Assembly (NCBI GenBank): GCA_012517385.1
Contig: JAAYUZ010000150.1
Span: forward strand, 55-64,054
DNA: 64,000 bases
Direction of reading: 5' to 3'
Source of the DNA: Treponema sp.
GTDB taxonomy: Bacteria > Spirochaetota > Spirochaetia > Treponematales > Breznakiellaceae
Under the pieces are notes generated by a model. That model saw nothing but the letters and a program-made list of their open reading frames with translations, did no database searches and was not told where the DNA came from. Made by a program: the position numbers and the translations under genes. Positions 53,516-63,140 of this stretch are shown here, piece by piece. Numbering within the stretch: the first letter of the stretch is position 1; the number at the start of each line of letters is the position of its first letter.

Positions 53516-54877
53516 ATGGAACTGGCTGAAAAATTAAAGCTCCTTGCGGGGGGTGCAAAATATGATGCCTCCTGCGCCACATCGGGCAGTGACCATGGAC
53601 CCGGAGCGTCTAGCTCCGATTATTTGGGATCCGGAGTGTCTATCACCAGGGGTCCTGGACCTGGAGTTTCTGGACCTGGCAGCAAAAGGAGCCTGCAGGC
53701 TAAGAGCGGAAGCATACCGGTTATTGGAGCTACCACCCCTGCGGGGGTTTGCCACAGCTGGACCGAAGATGGACGCTGTGTATCCCTTCTTAAGGTACTC
53801 TATTCCAATGTCTGCCGTTTCGACTGCGCCTATTGTGTAAACCGGGCTTCTGCGGATATTCAGCGGACCAGCTTTACCATAGATGAACTGGTACAGCTTA
53901 CCCTGGGGTTCTACAAACGCAATTATATAGAAGGACTTTTTCTATCCAGCGGCATCTTTTCGGATAGCGATATTGTAATGGAAAAATTGATTGAAGTTGC
54001 CCGCCGTTTGAGAACTGAAGCAGGGTTTGGTGGCTATATTCACCTTAAAATTATACCGGGGACCAGCCCCGGACAGATTGCCGAGGCAGGCCGCTGGGCG
54101 GATCGGCTTAGTGCAAATATCGAACTGCCCACCGATAAGAGTCTCCAATACCTGGCTCCCCAGAAAAATGGCAAGCTTATAATGGGTGCCATGGAAGAGG
54201 TGGCCAATCTTGAACAGGACAGGAACTCCAGGGGGCCCAATGGGGCGGGAAAAACGGCCTTTGCACCGGCGGGCCAGAGTACACAGCTTATTGTGGGCGC
54301 AAGCCCTGAGGATGACCACCAGATATTAAGTCTTTCCAGCGCTTTGTACCGTCGGTATGGTCTGAGAAGGGTATACTATTCTGCCTTTATTCCTGTGGGC
54401 ACCCATGGCAGGGGCAGCATCCTGGACCCCCGCCTACCCGATATTCCCGGGCCGCCCCTGGTACGGGAACACCGGCTGTACCAGGCAGACTGGCTCCTCC
54501 GGTTCTACAAATTCCGCTCCGATGAAATTGTGAGCCCGGACCATCCCTTTCTGGATCCCCATCTGGACCCAAAGACTGCCTGGGCGCTGAATCACCGGGA
54601 ACTCTTTCCGGTGGATGTCCAGCGGGCGGACTATGAGGTCCTCCTGCGGGTCCCAGGCATCGGCGTTAAGTCAGCCCGCCGTATACTGGAACAGCGTCGG
54701 AGTAAAATCTTAAGCGCTGAACTGCTGCAGCGGCTTGGGGTAACCCTGAAACGGGCCCGCTATTTTATCAGTCTTCCCGGCCTTGCGGGTGAAACCGAGA
54801 AGGACACGGCTTATATAAGACGCATGCTTTCCGATGCAGACGGTGCGGGGCTCCAGCTTCCCCTTTTTGAGTTTTAA
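53516..54877 (+). CDS. Radical SAM protein of the 'putative DNA modification/repair' family
   Basis: MELAEKLKLLAGGAKYDASCATSG N-terminus and a CX3CX2C cluster (CRFDCAYC). C-terminal helix-hairpin-helix-like LLRVPGIGVKSARRI. Confidence 0.8.
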   Translation: MELAEKLKLLAGGAKYDASCATSGSDHGPGASSSDYLGSGVSITRGPGPGVSGPGSKRSLQAKSGSIPVIGATTPAGVCHSWTEDGRCVSLLKVLYSNVCRFDCAYCVNRASADIQRTSFTIDELVQLTLGFYKRNYIEGLFLSSGIFSDSDIVMEKLIEVARRLRTEAGFGGYIHLKIIPGTSPGQIAEAGRWADRLSANIELPTDKSLQYLAPQKNGKLIMGAMEEVANLEQDRNSRGPNGAGKTAFAPAGQSTQLIVGASPEDDHQILSLSSALYRRYGLRRVYYSAFIPVGTHGRGSILDPRLPDIPGPPLVREHRLYQADWLLRFYKFRSDEIVSPDHPFLDPHLDPKTAWALNHRELFPVDVQRADYEVLLRVPGIGVKSARRILEQRRSKILSAELLQRLGVTLKRARYFISLPGLAGETEKDTAYIRRMLSDADGAGLQLPLFEF

Positions 54878-54959
54878 CTGAAGTAAAACAGGGTAAGCAA
54901 ATCGCCCCTGCATCATAGTGCTATAAAGAGTTGAAAGGTGCACACAAAGGATCTTGTAA

Positions 54960-55799
54960 ATGGAAGCGTTTTACGATGGAACCTTAGAAGGTTTTTTTGC
55001 ACTCCTGGATGACGCTCTTGAACAAGAGCATATCCCCGATAAAATCCGCCGGGTCCAGCCGGTGCCCCAGGAAGGGGATGCAACTCCATCCCTGTTTTCT
55101 GAAGAAGAGCTGGGGCTGCCCGTGCTTGCACAGGGACCGGAAAAGGAGCATAAGAGCAGACGTGCCATGGAACGGCTCAGGGCCTGTTCGGAAGTTGCCT
55201 TTCAGGATTGTCTCCAGGCATGGATGAGCGATGAACCCATAGAACTTGATATAATCCAGTATGCGATTCGGCTTATAAAAGCCGCTGAAAGTACTGCGGC
55301 CGGAGACAGGCCCGGAACTGCCGGGACAGAATTAACAGAACGCATCCGTATAGACCGATCCTGGGGGCCCTGTGAGAGGGTGCTGCGGGCATCCCAGCGC
55401 TATCTGCGGGAACTGGACCGGCTTTTAGGCCTGCTCCGGTTTAAACCCACAAAGGAGGGATTCCTCCTGGCCCGCTGTGAACCGGATACCTTTGCGCTGC
55501 CCGGCCTTGCCGAGCCCCTCAGGCGGCGCTTTGGGATCACGGCCTGGGCGGTACAGGATGAAAAACGATGCCTGGTGCTTTCCTGTGATGGTCTTGGCGA
55601 ACCAGAACTGGCAGCCTATGATCCAGAGCAGCCCCCCTTTTCGCCGCCTGAGGGGCTCGTGCCCGATGAATTTGAAGCCCTGTGGCAGGACTATTACCAG
55701 ATCATCAATATAGAGACGAGGAAAAACCCTGAACTGCGAAAACGGCTTATGCCACAGCGGTATTGGAAGTATTTGCCGGAACTTAAGGCACCGCAGTAA
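54960..55799 (+). CDS. DUF4130-type 'probable DNA metabolism protein', partner of the radical SAM gene
   Basis: The MEAFYDGTLEGFFALLDDAL N-terminus and the C-terminal NPELRKRLMPQRYWKYLPE are typical of this family as I remember it. Confidence 0.7.
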   Translation: MEAFYDGTLEGFFALLDDALEQEHIPDKIRRVQPVPQEGDATPSLFSEEELGLPVLAQGPEKEHKSRRAMERLRACSEVAFQDCLQAWMSDEPIELDIIQYAIRLIKAAESTAAGDRPGTAGTELTERIRIDRSWGPCERVLRASQRYLRELDRLLGLLRFKPTKEGFLLARCEPDTFALPGLAEPLRRRFGITAWAVQDEKRCLVLSCDGLGEPELAAYDPEQPPFSPPEGLVPDEFEALWQDYYQIINIETRKNPELRKRLMPQRYWKYLPELKAPQ

Positions 55800-55858
55800 T
55801 TATCAGGGAACCTATGACTAGGATGAAGGGGTATAATCTGCTATAGTTTCAATTGAAT

Positions 55859-56248
55859 ATGAAGGTTGAACTTTTTACACTGTGCGATTTTGCCCAGGAG
55901 AATAACGGGAAACTCACCATCGTAGGTACCTTTGATACGATTGTAGCAAAGGCCTTTCCTATGAATCACCAGTCCTTTTCGCTGACGGTCCGGCTCAGGT
56001 TTGACCTTTGGGAACTGGGGTCCCACAACTTCCGGGTCGAAGCCCGGGACCTGGACGGGAACAGTTATGTAAAACCCGTAGAAGGAAGTCTCACCATCCG
56101 GGATGTGGGGAATGCCACCTCGGTGGTTCATCTGCTCTACGCTTTTACCGACCTGAAATGCAAGATGCCTACGGTCATCAATTTTATTTTATATATTGAT
56201 GATAAGGAAATAACGTCCACACCCCTCTATATCAAGAAACTTTCCTGA
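55859..56248 (+). CDS. Small hypothetical protein (DUF6941-like)
   Basis: MKVELFTLCDFAQENNGKLTIVGTFDTI pattern. 129 aa from the ATG at 55859. Family name from memory. Confidence 0.5.
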   Translation: MKVELFTLCDFAQENNGKLTIVGTFDTIVAKAFPMNHQSFSLTVRLRFDLWELGSHNFRVEARDLDGNSYVKPVEGSLTIRDVGNATSVVHLLYAFTDLKCKMPTVINFILYIDDKEITSTPLYIKKLS

Positions 56249-56362
56249 GTATTTAGTTCAAATAAGGGCGAGACCAATAAGCCGAGGGCCCCTATATCAA
56301 GAAACTTTTTAAGTACCTTGTTTGGGCTAGCCTTAAGCCGCATTTTCCGATGCCCGCACCTA

Positions 56363-57766
56363 TCAGACTAATTCAAAGCCTTGTAAACTGGGACTGCCGC
56401 TTCCCCGGTACGTGAAGTACAGAGCCTGTATCCCGTCGGGGATAGAAATAGGACTTTCGAATCGTTCCCAGACATTTGAATTGGCAATGGGAATCTCCGC
56501 TAACATGGGACCATCCCAGGCGGTTCTCACCTCGAATTTTCCATGACCATAACCTCTGGTAAAGATACGTATGGTTTTAACATTGGTGCATGAAAAATAC
56601 TTAAACCCTGCGGTAGCTCCATCTTTCATATTGCCGATATAGCCCGGGACTTCGGTGCCATCACAACCATCCTGCATAATCTTTGGAAAGCGGCCATCGT
56701 CACTGACATAGACCGATTCCACATCGGTGAATAGATTGCAGGCGATATAGGCTGGATAGTACCCCTTACCCTGGAGGGGTCCCCCATTCAGACCACAGGA
56801 TGTTAATTCTACCTGGGGAATGCTTCCATCACTTTGTATGGTAATCTTTTCAGCACAGCCCTGCCGGCTGAACCAGGTGCCATTGGTATGACGATGATAA
56901 AAGATGTACCAGTCCTTTCCTACCTGTACCATACTGCCATGGTTGTTTGCCCCATAGGCCATCGGTTTATGTGCGGGTTTGTAGGTATCTATATGTAAGT
57001 CACTGTTGCTTACAATAACGCCTCCATAGGTAAAATCCTTTGTTGGATATTTACTGGTGGCATAGCAGAGTTCATGCATTGCTATTGATGAATAAACAAA
57101 GTAATAGGTATCTCCTGCTTTTCGTATGGAAGAGGCTTCGAAAAACTCATGGCCCTTAAAACTTGTACCGTCGCTGTACTCACAGCCTGGAACAATGATA
57201 AGCGGCTCTTCTTCTATGGTAAGCATGTCCTTCCCAAGAACGGTTGCCATGGCACCCTTTCTGCTTTTGTCTCCCCGGGGACAAAAGCCGGTGTACATAT
57301 AGGTGACATCCTGTTCGGTCAGCACCCCCGGATCAAACTGAGGCTGGTCACCAGGTCGTTCTCCGAGCCTTTCACCATGTTTATCATGCACGTAGCCATA
57401 AAAGGTATAGGGTCCAGAAGGCTTTTCGCTCACCGCAACAGATACGATGGGAACCTTATCCAGAACGTAATACAAATAGAATCTACCATCGGGTCCCTGG
57501 GTAACATCCGGGGCATACAAACACATTTTACCATCCCTGTTGAGGGGATCATCAGTTTTTTTATAGATGACCCCTTCATACCGCCAGTCGGCTAGATCAT
57601 CCAAGGGGGCTGACCAGCAGACATAATCGCCCAGACAGAAAACATACCCGTTATACAAATCATGGGAACCGAATACATATAAACGATCACCCAAAATATG
57701 GGGTTCCCCATCAGGAATATATTCCCAGGAGGGGAGATAGGGATTAAAGGCTTGTTTCTTTTGCAT
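56363..57766 (-). CDS. Glycoside hydrolase family 43 protein with C-terminal beta-sandwich domain
   Basis: NPYLPSWEYIPDGEPHILGDRLYVFGSHD, then a propeller-like body and a C-terminal carbohydrate-binding-like domain. Confidence 0.75.
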   Translation of the reverse strand: MQKKQAFNPYLPSWEYIPDGEPHILGDRLYVFGSHDLYNGYVFCLGDYVCWSAPLDDLADWRYEGVIYKKTDDPLNRDGKMCLYAPDVTQGPDGRFYLYYVLDKVPIVSVAVSEKPSGPYTFYGYVHDKHGERLGERPGDQPQFDPGVLTEQDVTYMYTGFCPRGDKSRKGAMATVLGKDMLTIEEEPLIIVPGCEYSDGTSFKGHEFFEASSIRKAGDTYYFVYSSIAMHELCYATSKYPTKDFTYGGVIVSNSDLHIDTYKPAHKPMAYGANNHGSMVQVGKDWYIFYHRHTNGTWFSRQGCAEKITIQSDGSIPQVELTSCGLNGGPLQGKGYYPAYIACNLFTDVESVYVSDDGRFPKIMQDGCDGTEVPGYIGNMKDGATAGFKYFSCTNVKTIRIFTRGYGHGKFEVRTAWDGPMLAEIPIANSNVWERFESPISIPDGIQALYFTYRGSGSPSLQGFELV

Positions 57767-59306
57767 GGTTAGTCTCCGTATGTTGTAATATATCTTCGGT
57801 AATATGTTCGATGAGGAATCTTTTAAATTCCGAGGTCTGTTCTATGACTGGTTCGGGTCCTTCGGTGGTAAAGAGCATCTGGCAGGGGGTGTCCTTTGTA
57901 TAAGGTTTCCATTCAGGTAAGGGACTTCCGTCATGATCAAGACCGTTAGGATCTCCGCTTTTTATAAAATTTGCCCAGTAATTAGCCATTTTACGGGCAA
58001 GATCATAGTGTTTTCCTGTAAAGGGCCGCCAGCATTTTGCCAGGGTCTCAAAGGAAAACCAGAGATCTACCGAATGGAATGCCCCCGGTTTATCCCAGCC
58101 AGGGATTTCTGGCATAAATTGATAGTAATAAGCACAATTAGGATTCCCCATTTCACTGCTTGCAAGGATAAGTGCTTTTGTGGTGAACTCGATTGCGTTC
58201 ACAGCCCCATATCCGATGCCTTCGCGATAATGCCATGCTTCTTTAAAACGTAAAAAGGTGTCGACTTCTTCGCCAAAGCATTGGGCTGCCTTATTTTTAT
58301 ACTTATCCGCTGTTTCCGCTTGAATGCCCACAAGAAATTCATCGGAAGTATTGCCAGCCATCAGAGGAACCTGTACATGGTGCCCCTTTAGATAAAGGTA
58401 TGGGGGATCACCAAAGCAGAATTTGTCATCCTGGACCGTCATCATTCTCGGATGGGATTGAACAAATTCGTTATATTTTTGTAAGAGATAGAAAGGATCC
58501 AGTTTCCGTGCCTGGGAAAGTGACTGGACTCCCAGAAAAGCAAAAAACTCTGTTCCTAAGGCTTCTGCATCCTGCAGTTTGGGTGGAACTCCGAAGAAAC
58601 CGCTTGGATAGGGGCTTCGTATCAAGCCACTTTGTATGATCCCCTTCTGGAAAAGCCCCTGATTAAGAGGATTGGTAATCTGTACCAGTACACTCATGCC
58701 TCCGGCTGACTGACCGGCGATGGTAATGTTCTCCGGATCTCCACCAAAATTATAGATGTTTCTTTTAACCCACAGGAGTCCCGCCTGCTGATCCAGGTGA
58801 GCGAAATTGGTAGGGGTATCCCTTTGTTCTGCCGTGAGCTCAGGATGGGCGAGAAAACCGAATACATTAAGGCGATAGTTAACGGAAACCACAATGATAC
58901 CTCGCCGAGCCAGGCGTTCACCATCAAACTCCATTTCAGCCGTATAGCCCCATTGGAAAGCGCCGCCAAAGAACCAGACAAGGACGGGTAACTTTTCTTC
59001 TTTGCTCTTTGCACCGGTCCAGATATTGAGATACAGACAGTCCTCGCTCATTGGAATATCCGGATCCACATGCCATTCTCTGCAATAGATGTCATCCCCC
59101 AATCCGGGAGTATCCTGTACAGAAATAGAACCAAATTCATAGGCAGGACGAATTCCTTCCCAGGGAGAACAGGGTTGGGGCTCCCTCCATCTATTTTCTC
59201 CAACAGGGGGTGCTGCGAAGGGGATTCCCTTAAAAGCAGTTATACGGGGATCCGCCGCTGGCAGCCCCTTTACAAGACCATACTCGGTTTCAGCAATCCG
59301 TATCAT
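57744..59306 (-). CDS. Carboxylesterase type B (para-nitrobenzyl esterase-like)
   Basis: EDCLYLNIW, FFGGAFQWGY and the nucleophile elbow GQSAGG. Confidence 0.9.
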   Translation of the reverse strand: MIRIAETEYGLVKGLPAADPRITAFKGIPFAAPPVGENRWREPQPCSPWEGIRPAYEFGSISVQDTPGLGDDIYCREWHVDPDIPMSEDCLYLNIWTGAKSKEEKLPVLVWFFGGAFQWGYTAEMEFDGERLARRGIIVVSVNYRLNVFGFLAHPELTAEQRDTPTNFAHLDQQAGLLWVKRNIYNFGGDPENITIAGQSAGGMSVLVQITNPLNQGLFQKGIIQSGLIRSPYPSGFFGVPPKLQDAEALGTEFFAFLGVQSLSQARKLDPFYLLQKYNEFVQSHPRMMTVQDDKFCFGDPPYLYLKGHHVQVPLMAGNTSDEFLVGIQAETADKYKNKAAQCFGEEVDTFLRFKEAWHYREGIGYGAVNAIEFTTKALILASSEMGNPNCAYYYQFMPEIPGWDKPGAFHSVDLWFSFETLAKCWRPFTGKHYDLARKMANYWANFIKSGDPNGLDHDGSPLPEWKPYTKDTPCQMLFTTEGPEPVIEQTSEFKRFLIEHITEDILQHTETNHAKETSL

Positions 59307-59389
59307 AGAATAACCTATGCGTCCTCCCTTTCATCTAACAGGCTTAGCATAGGTTATCGTACACGCTTAGTAAAGGTCTATAGGTAAAA

Positions 59390-60352
59390 TTACGGAGCCT
59401 CCACTTGCCTGGGTTGAGCTTTACTGCGCATTTTCCGGTATTCCATGATAGGCAAATCTCCGGGGAACAGGGTTTCGCCGGTACCTTCACCGGGAGCTTT
59501 GGGGATCTGGGTTTCTACGACCCGGCGGTCCTGATGGGCGATATACAGGTTTGTCTTACCCCCTAACCAGTTTACCAGCTGTTTAAGCAGGGGGACTTTC
59601 ATAAAGGATTGATAAAACCGCAGGTACATGAGGGTATGGGTCTCGTCTACGGGAACAAAGGCTGCAAGCACCCGGACTTTTGATGAAATATAATTTTCCC
59701 ACAGGTTGGGGAAAATAAACTCCAGTTTAAAATCACTATTCGGATTTGGTACCGGCACTTCTTCGCTGGTCCTCCGTTTTGAACCGTCATCGACACGGTT
59801 ATATACATAGATAAAGAAGCCCTCTTCTACCTTCATGATCCCCGGACCATCTACGACAGTCCGGTTACCACGGCCGATCGTGTTGTAATGAACAAAAGGA
59901 AGGTGGGCCATATCAAGCTGGTTTTCTATGACCCGGCTGTAATGGTTATCCCAGGGGTCAATAACGGTTCCCCAGGAGAACTCGGGCCCTATATCATCAA
60001 AAAAACGGGGTGTGGCAGATGGGGTACTGTCCCCCCAGTATATCCATATAAAACCCTGGGCTTCATAGGTTGGATAGGTTTTTACCTTAAATTGGGGAGG
60101 CACCGGCTCGGCTCTCCCATTGGCGGGAATACAGGTGCACTGGCCATGTTCATTGTATTCAAGGCCGTGGAAAGGACATTGTATCCGGTCATTGGGCAAT
60201 ACCTTACCCTTCGCCAGGGCAGCACCCCGGTGGGCACAACGGTCTACCTGACAGACTACCCGCCCATCTTTGGTCCGCCAGAAAACAAGCCGTTCCCCAA
60301 GCCGGATACAGCCCACTGGTTCCTGTTTAACTTCCCGGGATTCCAGTACCAC
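59390..60352 (-). CDS. Rieske [2Fe-2S] domain oxygenase
   Basis: Rieske motifs CAHRG and CPFHG, followed by a non-haem-iron catalytic-domain-like region (NQLDMAHLPFVH). Confidence 0.8.
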   Translation of the reverse strand: MVLESREVKQEPVGCIRLGERLVFWRTKDGRVVCQVDRCAHRGAALAKGKVLPNDRIQCPFHGLEYNEHGQCTCIPANGRAEPVPPQFKVKTYPTYEAQGFIWIYWGDSTPSATPRFFDDIGPEFSWGTVIDPWDNHYSRVIENQLDMAHLPFVHYNTIGRGNRTVVDGPGIMKVEEGFFIYVYNRVDDGSKRRTSEEVPVPNPNSDFKLEFIFPNLWENYISSKVRVLAAFVPVDETHTLMYLRFYQSFMKVPLLKQLVNWLGGKTNLYIAHQDRRVVETQIPKAPGEGTGETLFPGDLPIMEYRKMRSKAQPRQVEAP

Positions 60353-60439
60353 ATATCATTGGTTTCTAAGCATAGTTCCCCCTTTTTATTTGAGGTTTAT
60401 TTGATTTCCCCTTATTTCAGTATATACTTAAAAACTGAT

Positions 60440-61900
60440 ATGAGCGAGATTAATGGACACAACTTATTATATGATAAGAGTAAAGAACTGGCTCAGGCCG
60501 TAGTGGAAAGTTATTATACTCAGTATCCAGAAAGTAAAGGTCAGTTTGGTGCTGAAGGGTACAGAAAGAGTATCCAGGATGCGGAGTATCATTTTTTATA
60601 TCTGGCTGAAGCAGTAGCAACTAAGGAACCCCGGTTGTTTTTAGACTACCTTTTCCCTTCCCTGGGCTATGATCAGAATAAACTGGGGGAACTGGTGTAC
60701 CACCTCTTAAACATTTCCTTTATTGCCATGAGCCTCCGCGCTTCCCCTCCTAAAGTAATAGGCCACAAGGGTGGCGGGGTGCTTGGGATGTCCACGGGTA
60801 TTCTCCTGGGCTATGCCACCCAGGCGCTGCTTGGCCTGGGACTCACCCTCTTTTTCCTGCCAAAACTCTTTCCTGCCTTTGGCCTTTTTTTACCCCTGGG
60901 CTTTGCCCTGGGGCCTGGCCAGGCCTTTGCCATCGGTAAGGGATGGGAAACTATGGGCTTCACAGGCGCTTCCAGTATCGGCCTTGCCTTTGCTGCCATC
61001 GGCTACCTCTGGGCAAGTTTCGGCGGGGTGTATCTTATCAACCATGGATTAAAAAGGGGCTGGCTAAAAAGCGAAAATGTAGCGGCCATGAAAAATAAAG
61101 CCATGCTCACCGGCATTGTGAACCGAAATGAAGAAAGGCCAGTAGGAGCCCGGCTCACCACCGATAACGAAGCCATCGATTCCTTCAGTTTCCATACCGC
61201 TGCGGTGGTCTTTACCTATTTTCTATCCTATCTTCTCTTATCGGGACTTACTATGGCCCTGTCTCTCCTGGGAAAGGCAGGCAGGGACCTGGCGGTAAAC
61301 CTCTGGGGTATTAATTTTATTTTTTCTTCAATTACCGCCATCATTATACGAAAAGTTGTGGAAGCCCTGCACCTGGAACACCTTCTGGATAACGAAACCC
61401 TCTCGAGGATTTCCGGTTTTTCAGTAGATTATATGGTAGCCGGTTCTATTGCCGCCATTTCCCTCGTATTTGTCGGGGCCTACTGGTTCCCTATTCTTCT
61501 CATGTCTACCCTTTGTGGCATTATGACCATGCTTATCGTCCCCTGGTTCTGTTCCCGGATGTTCCGGGATTATCAGTTCGAGCGTATGTTGATGATATAC
61601 GGGGTATCGACCGGCACCCTGTCTACGGGTCTCGCCCTGCTCAGGGTGATTGATCCGGATTTTAAAACAAAGGTAGCCTCAGATTATATGCTTTCTGCGG
61701 GGCTTACCTTTCTCCTGGCCATCCCATTTATACTAGCGATAAACCTTCCTGCCCAGGCAGCAGTCCAGGGGACCATGGTCCCCTACTGGATCATGATGGG
61801 AATTTCTGGTTTGTATTTAGTATATGTACTCATTACCTATGGGATACTGGCCAGAAAAAAGTCCCTGGCTACCCCTGGGGTCCTGTGGCACGAAGAATAG
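60440..61900 (+). CDS. Sodium/glutamate symporter (GltS/ESS)-like membrane protein with atypical soluble N-terminus
   Basis: ATG at 60440. From about residue 90 the protein resembles GltS from its third helix onward (LLNISFIAMSLRA...LGPGQAFAIGKGWETMGF...). The first ~85 aa are hydrophilic. The upstream part of the 670-aa track ORF is antisense to the Rieske gene. Confidence 0.55.
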   Translation: MSEINGHNLLYDKSKELAQAVVESYYTQYPESKGQFGAEGYRKSIQDAEYHFLYLAEAVATKEPRLFLDYLFPSLGYDQNKLGELVYHLLNISFIAMSLRASPPKVIGHKGGGVLGMSTGILLGYATQALLGLGLTLFFLPKLFPAFGLFLPLGFALGPGQAFAIGKGWETMGFTGASSIGLAFAAIGYLWASFGGVYLINHGLKRGWLKSENVAAMKNKAMLTGIVNRNEERPVGARLTTDNEAIDSFSFHTAAVVFTYFLSYLLLSGLTMALSLLGKAGRDLAVNLWGINFIFSSITAIIIRKVVEALHLEHLLDNETLSRISGFSVDYMVAGSIAAISLVFVGAYWFPILLMSTLCGIMTMLIVPWFCSRMFRDYQFERMLMIYGVSTGTLSTGLALLRVIDPDFKTKVASDYMLSAGLTFLLAIPFILAINLPAQAAVQGTMVPYWIMMGISGLYLVYVLITYGILARKKSLATPGVLWHEE

Positions 61901-63110
61901 CATCCTGCAGGGCCAGCATCATGTCGGTCCATTTCCGGGCTGACATATAGCGGAAGGGGAAGCGGACCTGATACAAATTCCTTCCCTGGTAAAATTCCAG
62001 AAGGTGCCGTTTTAGTACGGTAATTCCTTCAAGGCTCTTGAGTGGAAAGGCCAGGCGTTCTCCGGAAAGGGTTGCCAGTTCCAGTCTATCAGGAAAAAGC
62101 ACCAGAGTTCCAGTCCGGATCCTTCTGAGGGGATTCGCCTTATGGCCCTGAAGGAGCAGTACCCCCGCATCGGAAATCACCGGGTGGTTTGGAGACTCCC
62201 TAAGTACCCTTTCTGCGGTTGTAACTACGGTCCCGTACTGCCATGCCTCCCACTGGCCAATACTGGAAAAACTGCGGCAGGGAGCAGAGATGGTGTGGAG
62301 GCGGTAAAAGGGGTCTACCCGCCATAGGGCTCCGCAGGTATTACAAAAGAGCTGGGTCTTAAGGCTTCTCAGGCTGCCAAAGGTTTCACAGTTGGGGCAG
62401 AGGTAGAGGGATAGTTCCAGGTGCTCCGCCCGGCGGGAACTCCTGTAGGCCCGGTCCTTAACGACCGGATCGGTAAAGTCATTGTGGGAAAGGCCGGTTG
62501 TAAGAGTCCGTTCTATCTCATCAACCGGTTTATTTTTAAGCTCCTCGGGGCTGAAGAGGAGAGAAAACTCCAATACAACAGGACCCTTTCGGCGTTTCCA
62601 GGTCCAGCGGGGAAGTGCAAAATAACCACCACGTATGATCACCCTTAAAACCGGTACCTTAAGAAGCTTAAGAAGCTTGGCTGTCGATGGGACTAAGGGA
62701 AGGGTTCCGCCATTCCAGGTCTGGGCCCCCTCAGGAAAGAGGCCTACAATACCCTGCTGCTTACGTATCACCTGAACAATATCATTCACCGTTTCGATAT
62801 CGGGAATAACCTTGGCCTTGGGGATAGTCCCCACAAGTTTAAGAAGCCAGCGCATGATGGAGGACCGCATATTGCTGTCACTGCCAACCCAGTACACTGG
62901 CTGGGGTAAAAAGCTGGATATCCAGAAGGGATCCCTGGTAGCAACATGATTCGCCACAATGACATAGGGAGGCCGCAAGGTCTGGAGGGTCTCCAAACCC
63001 CTGGCCTCTATCTGATACACCCTTCTGAGCCAGTACCCGTAGGTCCATTTAAGGAGCCGGTTAAACCATTTTAGATTGGTGATATGCCGCCGCTGTTTTG
63101 CCTTCTGCAT
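61869..63110 (-). CDS. PlsC-type lysophospholipid acyltransferase with C-terminal zinc-ribbon-containing extension
   Basis: HX4D motif NHVATRD and FPEGAQTWNG. The C-terminal ~200 aa contain CPNCE...CNTCG. Confidence 0.8.
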   Translation of the reverse strand: MQKAKQRRHITNLKWFNRLLKWTYGYWLRRVYQIEARGLETLQTLRPPYVIVANHVATRDPFWISSFLPQPVYWVGSDSNMRSSIMRWLLKLVGTIPKAKVIPDIETVNDIVQVIRKQQGIVGLFPEGAQTWNGGTLPLVPSTAKLLKLLKVPVLRVIIRGGYFALPRWTWKRRKGPVVLEFSLLFSPEELKNKPVDEIERTLTTGLSHNDFTDPVVKDRAYRSSRRAEHLELSLYLCPNCETFGSLRSLKTQLFCNTCGALWRVDPFYRLHTISAPCRSFSSIGQWEAWQYGTVVTTAERVLRESPNHPVISDAGVLLLQGHKANPLRRIRTGTLVLFPDRLELATLSGERLAFPLKSLEGITVLKRHLLEFYQGRNLYQVRFPFRYMSARKWTDMMLALQDAILRATGPQG

Positions 63111-63140
63111 ATCACCAGTATACCGTATTTTTTATGTTAT

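Noticed and set aside
59888-60439. First 184 codons of the 670-aa + strand track ORF
   Set aside because: This part is antisense to the Rieske oxygenase gene. The transporter-like protein is better explained as starting at ATG 60440, in the intergenic region.
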